Origin: a virus | Lineage: Duplodnaviria; Caudoviricetes | Strand: one strand, 5' to 3' | Length of the DNA stretch: 24,713 nucleotides | Virus record (IMG/VR): IMGVR_UViG_3300049139_000199 | Span: 1 to 24,713 of that record | In this document: positions 11,145 to 17,400 of the stretch, one piece after another | How positions within the stretch are numbered: position 1 is the stretch's first letter | Layout of the letters: each line of letters begins with the position of its first letter | Program-made: the position numbers and the translations under genes | The notes under the pieces: generated by a model | The model's database searches: none | The model's input: the letters and a program-made list of their open reading frames with translations, nothing else | Told to the model about the DNA's origin: nothing

Positions 11145-11813
11145 TCATGCTCCGATCGCTGCGAGTGCCCGGTCAGTGTCCGACAACCCGTCCAGCACGA
11201 AGTGGGCGCCGGCCGCGCGTAGGTCGCTCGCCGCGGTACGGCCTGTCGCCACCGCCACCACCCGAACACCCGCCTCACGCCCGCCCGCGACGTCCGCGGG
11301 GGTGTCGCCCACGAACACCGCCCGATGCGCGGACACGTCCGCCCGCTTGAGGGCCGCACGCAGCAGCTCGGGCCGCCCCTCTCCGTCTTCCCCGTAGGCG
11401 CCCTCGTCGAGTCGCAGGTACGCGTCGAGGCCGAACACGGCGAGCTTGACCTCGGCGGCCTGGCGGACGTTGCCCGTCACGACGGACTGGCGAATGCCCC
11501 GGTCCGCGAGGGCGGCCAGCACAGCGGCCGCGCCGGGCAGCGCGTGGCCCCGCTCGCGCATCTCTGCTGCCCGCCGGACGTGGACCGTACCAAGGGCGTC
11601 AGCGAACCGTGCGAACAGGTCGTCCCCGTAAGGAAGGTCATGCAGGCGCACGGTTTCCCGAAGGATCACCCGCTCCGTCGACCCGGTCACCGACGCCTGC
11701 TCCCGCAGCGCCACCCCTGTTACCTGCTCGAACGCCTCCCCCCACAGCGCGCCGCCGAGCCCCCGAGTCGCCATCAACGTGTGGTCGATGTCCCACAACA
11801 CCAGTTCAGGCAC
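11145..11813 (-). CDS. HAD-family hydrolase / phosphatase
   Basis: Motif I 'LVLWDIDHTL', motif II 'VVTGN' and motif IV 'FVGDTPADV' are present, with a GGGGAGG RBS. Confidence 0.92.
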   Translation of the reverse strand: MPELVLWDIDHTLMATRGLGGALWGEAFEQVTGVALREQASVTGSTERVILRETVRLHDLPYGDDLFARFADALGTVHVRRAAEMRERGHALPGAAAVLAALADRGIRQSVVTGNVRQAAEVKLAVFGLDAYLRLDEGAYGEDGEGRPELLRAALKRADVSAHRAVFVGDTPADVAGGREAGVRVVAVATGRTAASDLRAAGAHFVLDGLSDTDRALAAIGA

Positions 11814-11894
11814 CAGCGCCTCCCCTCTTCACAAACTCCCGGTCCCCACGCAGCGGGCACCCTACGCTCAGAACACGGAGCGAGGAGTAGGCGC

Positions 11895-13097
11895 ATGGTT
11901 GCAGCAGACCTCCCCATCGGGGACAGGATCCGGCACTACCGCGGCGGACGCCGGCAGGACGCGGTCGCAGGCCTGGTCGGCATCTCACCCGACTACCTGT
12001 CCCAGATCGAGCGCGGCCTGAAGGTGCCGTCGCTGCCCATCCTGTACGCCCTCGCCCAGGAACTGGGGGTGCCTACGGCTGCACTGCTGTCGGAGCAGCC
12101 ACCACCCGAGGAGGAGACCACAGACACCGCCGAGGCTGCTGTCGGCCGGGCGCTCCTCGGCTACGGTCCGGCCCGCAGTGCCGAGCCGGCCCCCGCGGCC
12201 GAGCTGAGGGACCGGGTGGAGGCCGCATGGCAGAACTGGCAGACGGCGGGCGACCGCTTCACCAGGGCCGCCGAGACACTGCCCGGGCTGGTCGCCGACG
12301 TCGAGCACGCCGCGCGCGCCGCCCGGGCCGGCACGGATGCGGCCGAGCGCCGTGCCGTGCTCCGTGCAGCCGCCGACCTGTACTGCCTGCTTCGCTCCTA
12401 CCTCCGCCGAACCGGGCGCGTCGACCTTGCCACCATCGCCGCCGACCGGGCAATGCGCGCCGCCGAGGACGCCGACGACCCGCTCCGCATCGCCGCCGCT
12501 CAGTGGAACCTCGGTCACGTCCTCCTCGCCGCGAACCAACCCGCCGAGGCCGAGGAACTCGCCTTGCGCGCGGCCGAGCAAGTGGCGGCCGCGCGGATGC
12601 CGGAAGTCGAGCGAGCCGCGATGGGCGGCGCCCTCCAACTCGTCGCCGTCGTGGGATCGGCCCGCCGGCGTCGATGGTGGGAGGCGCGGGAACGGCTGAC
12701 CCAGCATGCAGCGCCCGCAGCCCGGAAGGTGCCCGACGCGAGCAACATCAGCTGGACCGTGTTCGGGCCAACAAATGTGGCACTGCACGCCCTGAGTATC
12801 GACATGGAGGCGGGCGAGGCCGGGGAGGCTCTGCACACGGCAGACGCCATCGACACGACTGGCATGCCGTCGCTGGAGCGCGAGTTCACCTTCGGCCTGG
12901 AGGTGGCGGCCTGCCACAGCCAGCGCCGGGATGACGCCGCCGCGCTGCTCGCCCTCACCGGCCTGGAGGCGATCGCTCCGGAAGATCTCGCCCGCACTCC
13001 GCTCGCCCGCCAGCTGGTGCTGACCGTGATCCGCCGGGCCCGTGCCATGCACGCCCGACAAGCGGAGCAGCTCGCCGTACGGATCGGTCTCGTGTAG
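11895..13097 (+). CDS. XRE-family HTH transcriptional regulator with long helical (TPR-like) C-terminal domain
   Basis: ATG 11895 follows GAGGAG, giving 400 aa. N-terminal HTH 'IGDRIRHYRGGRRQDAVAGLVGISPDYLSQIERGLKVP' is followed by an Ala-rich helical domain with the 'FGPTNVALH' motif common in actinobacterial XRE regulators. Confidence 0.9.
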   Translation: MVAADLPIGDRIRHYRGGRRQDAVAGLVGISPDYLSQIERGLKVPSLPILYALAQELGVPTAALLSEQPPPEEETTDTAEAAVGRALLGYGPARSAEPAPAAELRDRVEAAWQNWQTAGDRFTRAAETLPGLVADVEHAARAARAGTDAAERRAVLRAAADLYCLLRSYLRRTGRVDLATIAADRAMRAAEDADDPLRIAAAQWNLGHVLLAANQPAEAEELALRAAEQVAAARMPEVERAAMGGALQLVAVVGSARRRRWWEARERLTQHAAPAARKVPDASNISWTVFGPTNVALHALSIDMEAGEAGEALHTADAIDTTGMPSLEREFTFGLEVAACHSQRRDDAAALLALTGLEAIAPEDLARTPLARQLVLTVIRRARAMHARQAEQLAVRIGLV

Positions 13098-13116
13098 GTC
13101 GCCGAGCCTGTGGCTC

Positions 13117-13162
13117 ACCCGAACTGTCAGCTCGGGTCATCCTCTGGGTGTCTACCTACGGT
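13117..13162 (+). promoter_or_regulatory. Putative operator (imperfect palindrome) and -10 element of the RiPP operon promoter
   Basis: ACCCGAACTG-T-CAGCTCGGGT (13117-13137, one mismatch) and TACGGT at 13157-13162, upstream of the RBS for the ORF at 13202. Confidence 0.55.
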
Positions 13163-13201
13163 CGCTGTGTGAGACGGATCACCGCAACCGTGGAGGCCCT
13201 C

Positions 13202-13540
13202 GTGGCAGGGGAGACACGCACCAGCAGCAGCGCTGACGGCTGTGTGCTCGCCCTGCTCCCGCTCCCCAAGGTGTCCGCCCTGTCGGCGTTACAGGCCCGC
13301 GGCGCTGCCTGCGTCTGGTGCCAGACCCAGCTCACGATCGAGACGGCAGTCGACCTCGGCGAGCGCCCCGAGCCAAGCGGGGTGACTCTCTTCCCCCGCG
13401 GATGCCCTGACTGCGTACGCGCCGCAGCGCTCCGCACGTACGGCATGCACGCCGACACCTGCGAGCAGTGCGTCGACAACCCCATCCTGTGCGACACCCG
13501 GCGTGCCCTGCGCCGCCTCGCGCTGGAGGTGCGCGGATGA
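13202..13540 (+). CDS. Cys-rich putative zinc-binding protein (contains a TTA codon)
   Basis: GTG 13202 follows GGAGG, giving 112 aa. Motifs are CVWC, CPDC and HxxxCEQC...C. In-frame TTA at 13289-13291. Confidence 0.7.
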   Translation: MAGETRTSSSADGCVLALLPLPKVSALSALQARGAACVWCQTQLTIETAVDLGERPEPSGVTLFPRGCPDCVRAAALRTYGMHADTCEQCVDNPILCDTRRALRRLALEVRG

Positions 13541-13698
13541 TCCTCACCGAGACGCCGGAGCGAGCCGCCCTGTGGGATCACTGCCTGACCTGCCCGACCT
13601 GCCGGGCCATCGACGCCCAGGGCGCGAACCTCAACCTCCCCTGCGAGACCAGGGACCGACTGACCGCGGAGCACCAGCAGGCGCGCCGCAGCACCTGA
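13537..13698 (+). CDS. Small Cys-rich protein (53 aa)
   Basis: ATGA overlap and GGAGG RBS. Sequence is MILTETPERAALWDHCLTCPTCRAIDAQGANLNLPCETRDRLTAEHQQARRST. Confidence 0.65.
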   Translation: MILTETPERAALWDHCLTCPTCRAIDAQGANLNLPCETRDRLTAEHQQARRST

Positions 13699-13712
13699 CC
13701 AACCCCCAGACG

Positions 13713-13755
13713 CCCGCCTCGGGCCGCCACCTTGGACGGTCCGGCCCGGGGCGGG
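13713..13755 (+). other. Intergenic stem-loop upstream of the RiPP precursor
   Basis: CCCGCCTCGGGCCG / CGGCCCGGGGCGGG 14-bp stem with no U-tract. Confidence 0.55.
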
Positions 13756-13790
13756 TTCCACGCTCAACAACGACGACACAAGGGAGAGGC

Positions 13791-14081
13791 ATGTTCGTTC
13801 ACTCCGACCGTCTGCCCACCAGCCCCGCCATCCCGCAGGGCCTCGTCACCGCCCGCCCGTGGGGGCTCAGCCGCATGACCCCCTACCCCACCATGGCCCC
13901 CGCCTACGCGCGCGCCGAACTGGACCCGGCCACGCAGACCGCCCGCTTCTACGACGACTCCGGCCAGGTCCTGGAGATGGGCAAGCACGGCACCAGCACC
14001 GGCACCAGCCCCTCGACCGGCACCAGCCCGGACGGCCAGGGCGGCGGGGACACCGACACGAGCAGCGACAGCGACCAGTGA
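13791..14081 (+). CDS. tgmA: ATP-grasp-modified RiPP (graspetide) precursor peptide
   Basis: ATG 13791 follows GGGAGAGG, giving 96 aa. Leader motifs 'RPWG' and 'LDPATQT' precede a Thr/Ser then Asp-rich core, GTSTGTSPSTGTSPDGQGGGDTDTSSDSDQ. It overlaps the ligase start (GTGA). Confidence 0.9.
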   Translation: MFVHSDRLPTSPAIPQGLVTARPWGLSRMTPYPTMAPAYARAELDPATQTARFYDDSGQVLEMGKHGTSTGTSPSTGTSPDGQGGGDTDTSSDSDQ

Positions 14082-15025
14082 CTGATCCGCGTCCGGTGTT
14101 GGTCGTCACCAGCCTGCACGACCCCACCGCCGACGTGGTGATCAGCGAGCTGCACGACCGGGACATCCCGGTCGTGCGGCTCGACTCAGGGGACTTCCCC
14201 GCATCACTGTCGGTAGAGGCCGAAATCACCGAACACGGCCTACGAGGCCGCCTCCTCACCCCCTCCCGCACCGCTGACCTCGCGAACGTGCGAGCCCTGT
14301 ACTACCGCCGGCCGACCGGCTTCGCGTTCCCGCACCTCGACGAGCAGGACGCCCGGTTCGCCCTCACACAGGCCCGGTACGGGCTCGGCTGAGTCCTGGC
14401 CTCGCTGCCCGGCTGCCTCTACGTCAACCATCCGCACCGCATCGGCGACGCCGAATTCAAACCGGCCGGGCTCACCACAGCAGCCGCAGCCGGGTTCCTG
14501 CTGCCGCCCACCCTCATCACCTCCAGCCCCGACGCCGCCCGCCAGTTCATCAAGCAGCACGGCTCGGTCATCTACAAGCCGCTCAGCAACCCGGTGTACC
14601 GAGTCGAAGGCGTCTCTTCCGCCGTCAAGGTCGCCGAGGTCTCCGCGACGGACATCGACGACGACGTAGCAGGCACCGCGCACCTCTTCCAGAAGCGCGT
14701 CCCCAAGGTCGCCGACGTCCGGGCGACCGTCATCGGCGCAGACGTCTTCTGCGTCCGCATCGACTCCGACCTCCTCGACTGGCGCACCGACTACAGCAAG
14801 CTCACCTACACCCCGGTCGAAGCCCCGCCCGGCATCCGGCCGGCGCTCCACCGCTACATGAACCGCTTCCGCCTGGTCTTCGGGGCGTTCGACTTCGCGG
14901 TCGACCACGAGGGCCGATGGTGGTTCCTGGAGTGCAACCCGAGCGGCCAGTGGTCCTGGCTGGAAACCGAAACGGGGCTACCCATGTGCGCAGCCCTGGC
15001 AGACCTCTTGGAGAGGAAGACGTGA
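14078..15025 (+). pseudogene. tgmB: ATP-grasp ribosomal peptide maturase interrupted by one in-frame TGA (14390-14392)
   Basis: One frame runs from GTG 14078 to TGA 15025 (315 codons): 'VLVVTSLHDPTAD...YYRRP...QARYGLG*VLASLPGCLYVNHP...PPTLIT...IYKPL...HLFQKRVPK..DVR...DWR...FGAFDF...WFLECNPSGQW'. The ORF-track pieces 13859-14392 and 14594-15025 are in the same frame. Confidence 0.88.
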
Positions 15026-16140
15026 CCGATCAAGCACAGCTGCACCAGCAGCTGCTCGACACGATGACGGCCAGCGGCAGCCTCCGCACCGAGCCGTGGA
15101 AGCGCGCCGCCGCGGCCGTCCCCCGGCACGAGTTCCTGCGAGGCGGCTACTTCCGGCGGGCCGTCGGCACGGACTTCACCGCGTGGGAGCCCATTCGGGA
15201 AGGCGACGCGGGCTGGCTGGAGGGCTGCTACGCGGACGAGTCACTGGTGACCCAGATCGCCGGCACGATCGTGCCCGAAGACGTCCGCGGCCGGATCATG
15301 CGCGAGCCGACCAGCTCCAGCACGCTGCCCTCCCTCGTGCTGCGCATGCTGGAGGACCTCCAAGTCGAGGACGGGCATCGGGTGCTGGAGATCGGTACGG
15401 GCACCGGCTACTCGACCGCTGTGCTCTGCGCTCGGCTCGGCGCCGGGAACGTCACCTCGATCGAGTACGACTCGCGCGTAGCGTCGCGGGCGCGGACAGC
15501 CCTTGGCTACCTCGGGACATACCCCAACCTCGTCACCGGTGACGGGCTCGTCGGCCACTGCGAGGCAGCGCCCTACGACAGAGTCATTGCGACATGCGGC
15601 GTGCGCGCGGTACCTCCCGCGTGGGTCGATCAGACCCGGCCCGGCGGCCTCATCCTCGCGACCATCGGCGGATGGCTCGGCTCCTCCGAGCTCGCGCGCC
15701 TGACGGTCCACGACGACGGCACGGCGTCCGGGCCGCTGCTCGGCGGCGGGGTGAACTTCATGCTCGCCCGCCCACACATGCCGCCGCCGCTCGGCCTGCT
15801 CCCCGACCTCGACGGCGGAAAGGAACGCGAGACCACCATCGGCACGGAGATCCTGGAGAACTGGACGTCCAGGTTCGTCGTACAGCTCGCCATGCCGGGC
15901 GCCCAGCGGCTCAGACTGGAGAGGGACGGGCACACCGAGGAGGTCCTCGTCGACGTCGAGACCGGCTCGTGGGCCGCGGTGTACCAGGACGGCGGCCGGT
16001 GGCTTGTCCGGCAGGACGGCCCGGAGCCGGTGTGGGACGCCGTGGAGGAGCAGTTCGCCCGCTGGTGTGCGGCCGGCGCCCCGGCGCTGGAGGAGTTCAC
16101 CGTCACCGTCACCCCGGACGGCCAGATCATCCGCTGGTAG
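15022..16140 (+). CDS. tgmC: PIMT-like O-methyltransferase of the ATP-grasp peptide maturase system
   Basis: GTG 15022 with GTGA overlap, giving 372 aa. PIMT motifs 'VPRHEF', 'TSSSTLPSLV', SAM motif 'VLEIGTGTGYSTA' and 'APYDRVIATC' are followed by a C-terminal extension. Confidence 0.92.
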   Translation: MTDQAQLHQQLLDTMTASGSLRTEPWKRAAAAVPRHEFLRGGYFRRAVGTDFTAWEPIREGDAGWLEGCYADESLVTQIAGTIVPEDVRGRIMREPTSSSTLPSLVLRMLEDLQVEDGHRVLEIGTGTGYSTAVLCARLGAGNVTSIEYDSRVASRARTALGYLGTYPNLVTGDGLVGHCEAAPYDRVIATCGVRAVPPAWVDQTRPGGLILATIGGWLGSSELARLTVHDDGTASGPLLGGGVNFMLARPHMPPPLGLLPDLDGGKERETTIGTEILENWTSRFVVQLAMPGAQRLRLERDGHTEEVLVDVETGSWAAVYQDGGRWLVRQDGPEPVWDAVEEQFARWCAAGAPALEEFTVTVTPDGQIIRW

Positions 16141-16375
16141 GCCCTACCAGTTCGCCGAGCTCGACGCCGATCGCGTCGGCGATGCGGATCAGGGTGTCGA
16201 GGAGGGGTGAAGAGTGCCCCTGCTCGATGCGGCTGTAGGTGGCGACGTCGATCCCCGAGCGCCCGCATACAACGTCCTGGGTGAGGTTGTGCTGTTCGCG
16301 CACGCGGCGGATCTGCTCCCCGACCTGGCGGCGGCGGGCGATGACCCGGTCGTCGGGCGGTGTGGGACGTGGCAC
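16127..16375 (-). CDS. Small XRE-family HTH regulator
   Basis: 82 aa: 'VGEQIRRVREQHNLTQDVVCGRSGIDVATYSRIEQGHSSPLLDTLIRIADAIGVELGELV'. Confidence 0.9.
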   Translation of the reverse strand: MPRPTPPDDRVIARRRQVGEQIRRVREQHNLTQDVVCGRSGIDVATYSRIEQGHSSPLLDTLIRIADAIGVELGELVGPTSG

Positions 16376-16408
16376 ACGTCCACGCTCCCGACCCCATGAT
16401 CAATAGTG

Positions 16409-16426
16409 ATTAGGGTCGACCCTAAT
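16409..16426. promoter_or_regulatory. Perfect 18-bp palindrome, probable operator of the small XRE protein
   Basis: ATTAGGGTCGACCCTAAT lies in an AT-rich patch about 35 bp upstream of the XRE start. Confidence 0.6.
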
Positions 16427-16573
16427 TTGCGTGATCTTGTTGTGCGTGGGTACCTCATCGAACTGCTCTCGATGCAGTGAAGGCACCCGGGGCGCCTGTC
16501 GGCCCGGGTAGCGGGGCAGTGTGATGTGCGTCCACTGCTTCCGCAAGGCGCTGGCCGAATATGGCTGAGCGCA

Positions 16574-16618
16574 ACCGCCCCGTCCTCCGTACTGGAGGGC
16601 GGGGCGGTCTAGTCTTTT
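16574..16618 (+). terminator. Intrinsic terminator
   Basis: 15-bp stem ACCGCCCCGTCCTCC / GGAGGGCGGGGCGGT followed by CTAGTCTTTT. Confidence 0.7.
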
Positions 16619-16620
16619 CA

Positions 16621-16690
16621 GACGCCCCCTGCCGAGCTATGCGGCAGGGGGCGCCGTTCCGGTCGGAGGCCTCCCGAGCTCTCCGACCGG
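16621..16690 (-). repeat. Two-hairpin unit, copy 1 (possible small RNA)
   Basis: Stems at 16623-34/16642-53 and 16659-68/16681-90. Imperfect inverted homologue of 16981-17050. Confidence 0.65.
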
Positions 16691-16980
16691 GCTTGTTCTG
16701 GGGCTGTGCGTCAGGCGGACGGAGTGATCACGTCCGCCTCCCCAGCAGGCACTTTACCCACGCGTGGCCGGTTTTACAGGCGGTTGGAAGCGGTTGCACA
16801 CGGCCTCCACAGGCAGTTCGACCGGTCTTGTTCGTGTATGCACCTGCTACTACCGAGTAGATCAAGACAAAAAATCCGACCGGTCGCCCGCTTTTGGTGC
16901 AGGTACTGCGGACAGGGCGTGACCATGATGCTGCCGTCTGGCATATTCGCATGTACGTTCTATTAGACTGCCAGGCAGGC

Positions 16981-17050
16981 TCCGGTCGGGCTCGGGAGGT
17001 TCCGGCCGGAAGGCAGACACCCCCTGCCGCGTGAATCGGCAGGGGGTGCG
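16981..17050 (+). repeat. Two-hairpin unit, copy 2 (possible small RNA)
   Basis: Stems at 16981-90/17001-10 and 17018-29/17037-48. It shares the loop sequence GCTCGGGAGG with copy 1 and is preceded by TAGACT at 16964-16969. Confidence 0.65.
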
Positions 17051-17154
17051 CTGCAAGCGTAGACCGAGGCGCTGACATCGACGCCGACCCGCTGACGTCC
17101 ACTCAAGCCGGAGACGTTACGGGGTAGTAGCGGGGTAACAAGATCGACAAATGT

Positions 17155-17191
17155 AGAAGCCCGGTAGATCCTGGGGATCTACCGGGCTTCT
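17155..17191 (-). terminator. Terminator hairpin downstream of the att core (replacement tRNA terminator)
   Basis: Perfect 17-bp inverted repeat AGAAGCCCGGTAGATCC-TGG-GGATCTACCGGGCTTCT. Confidence 0.8.
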
Positions 17192-17210
17192 CACCTGGCG
17201 CTTTGCCGAT

Positions 17211-17254
17211 GTGGGGCTAACAGGATTTGAACCTGTGGCCTCATCCTTATCAGG
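17211..17254 (-). other. attP core: 3' half of tRNA-Ile(GAT), not a complete tRNA
   Basis: The minus strand reads CCTGATAAGGATGAGGCCACAGGTTCAAATCCTGTTAGCCCCAC, giving the anticodon loop CT-GAT-AA, the T-arm with GGTTCAAATCC and the acceptor 3' strand. The D-arm and 5' half are absent. Confidence 0.9.
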
Positions 17255-17302
17255 AAACAGCTCTCCCCGGATGATCTCCGCAGGTCACCTGACCTGCGAC
17301 GC

Positions 17303-17337
17303 TTATCCACATCTACGAGCGTCTACCTTGTGGATAA
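17303..17337. promoter_or_regulatory. Inverted pair of consensus DnaA boxes
   Basis: TTATCCACA at 17303-17311 and TGTGGATAA at 17329-17337, with a 17-bp spacer. Confidence 0.6.
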
Positions 17338-17400
17338 CCGCTCGACCCCTGTGGAACGTAAGCCTCTCCCGGGGTAGTCCCGGGGTAGTTCCGGGATGGC

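Larger units (their letters stand above)
17120..17389. mobile_element. attP region with integrase arm-type repeats
   Basis: CGGGGTAGT/CGGGGTAAC at 17120 and 17131, and CGGGGTAGT at 17370 and 17381 (11-bp period on both sides), flank the tRNA-derived core next to the integrase 3' end. Confidence 0.8.

Noticed and set aside
11325-11894. N-terminal extension giving a 590-aa regulator
   Set aside because: It overlaps the HAD gene on the opposite strand. A good RBS and ATG at 11895 directly precede the HTH. The same reasoning was applied to extended starts at 8855, 9346, 13503, 13859, 14917 and 23082.
14390-14392. Selenocysteine or genome-wide TGA recoding in tgmB
   Set aside because: The position corresponds to a probable Gly rather than a catalytic Cys. 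TGA is the normal stop for most genes in the window, and no Sec machinery is visible.
16446-16568. Zinc-finger pseudogene VGTSSNCSRC...PG*RGSVMCVHCFRKALAEYG
   Set aside because: The two CxxC motifs flank an in-frame TAG, but the ORF is very short, has no RBS and could be chance. The hairpin structure is more convincing.
16561-17102. ORFs 16561-16860, 16706-16966, 16728-17102 and 16862-17056
   Set aside because: They lack clear RBSs, have atypical codon use and run through strong hairpins. The region is better explained as noncoding.
16480-17200. CRISPR array or mini-array
   Set aside because: The hairpins are not identical direct repeats with regular spacers, and no cas genes are present.
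17211-17254. Complete tRNA-Ile gene
   Set aside because: Only the 3' half from the anticodon loop onward is present, with no D-arm or 5' acceptor strand. It is an att core.
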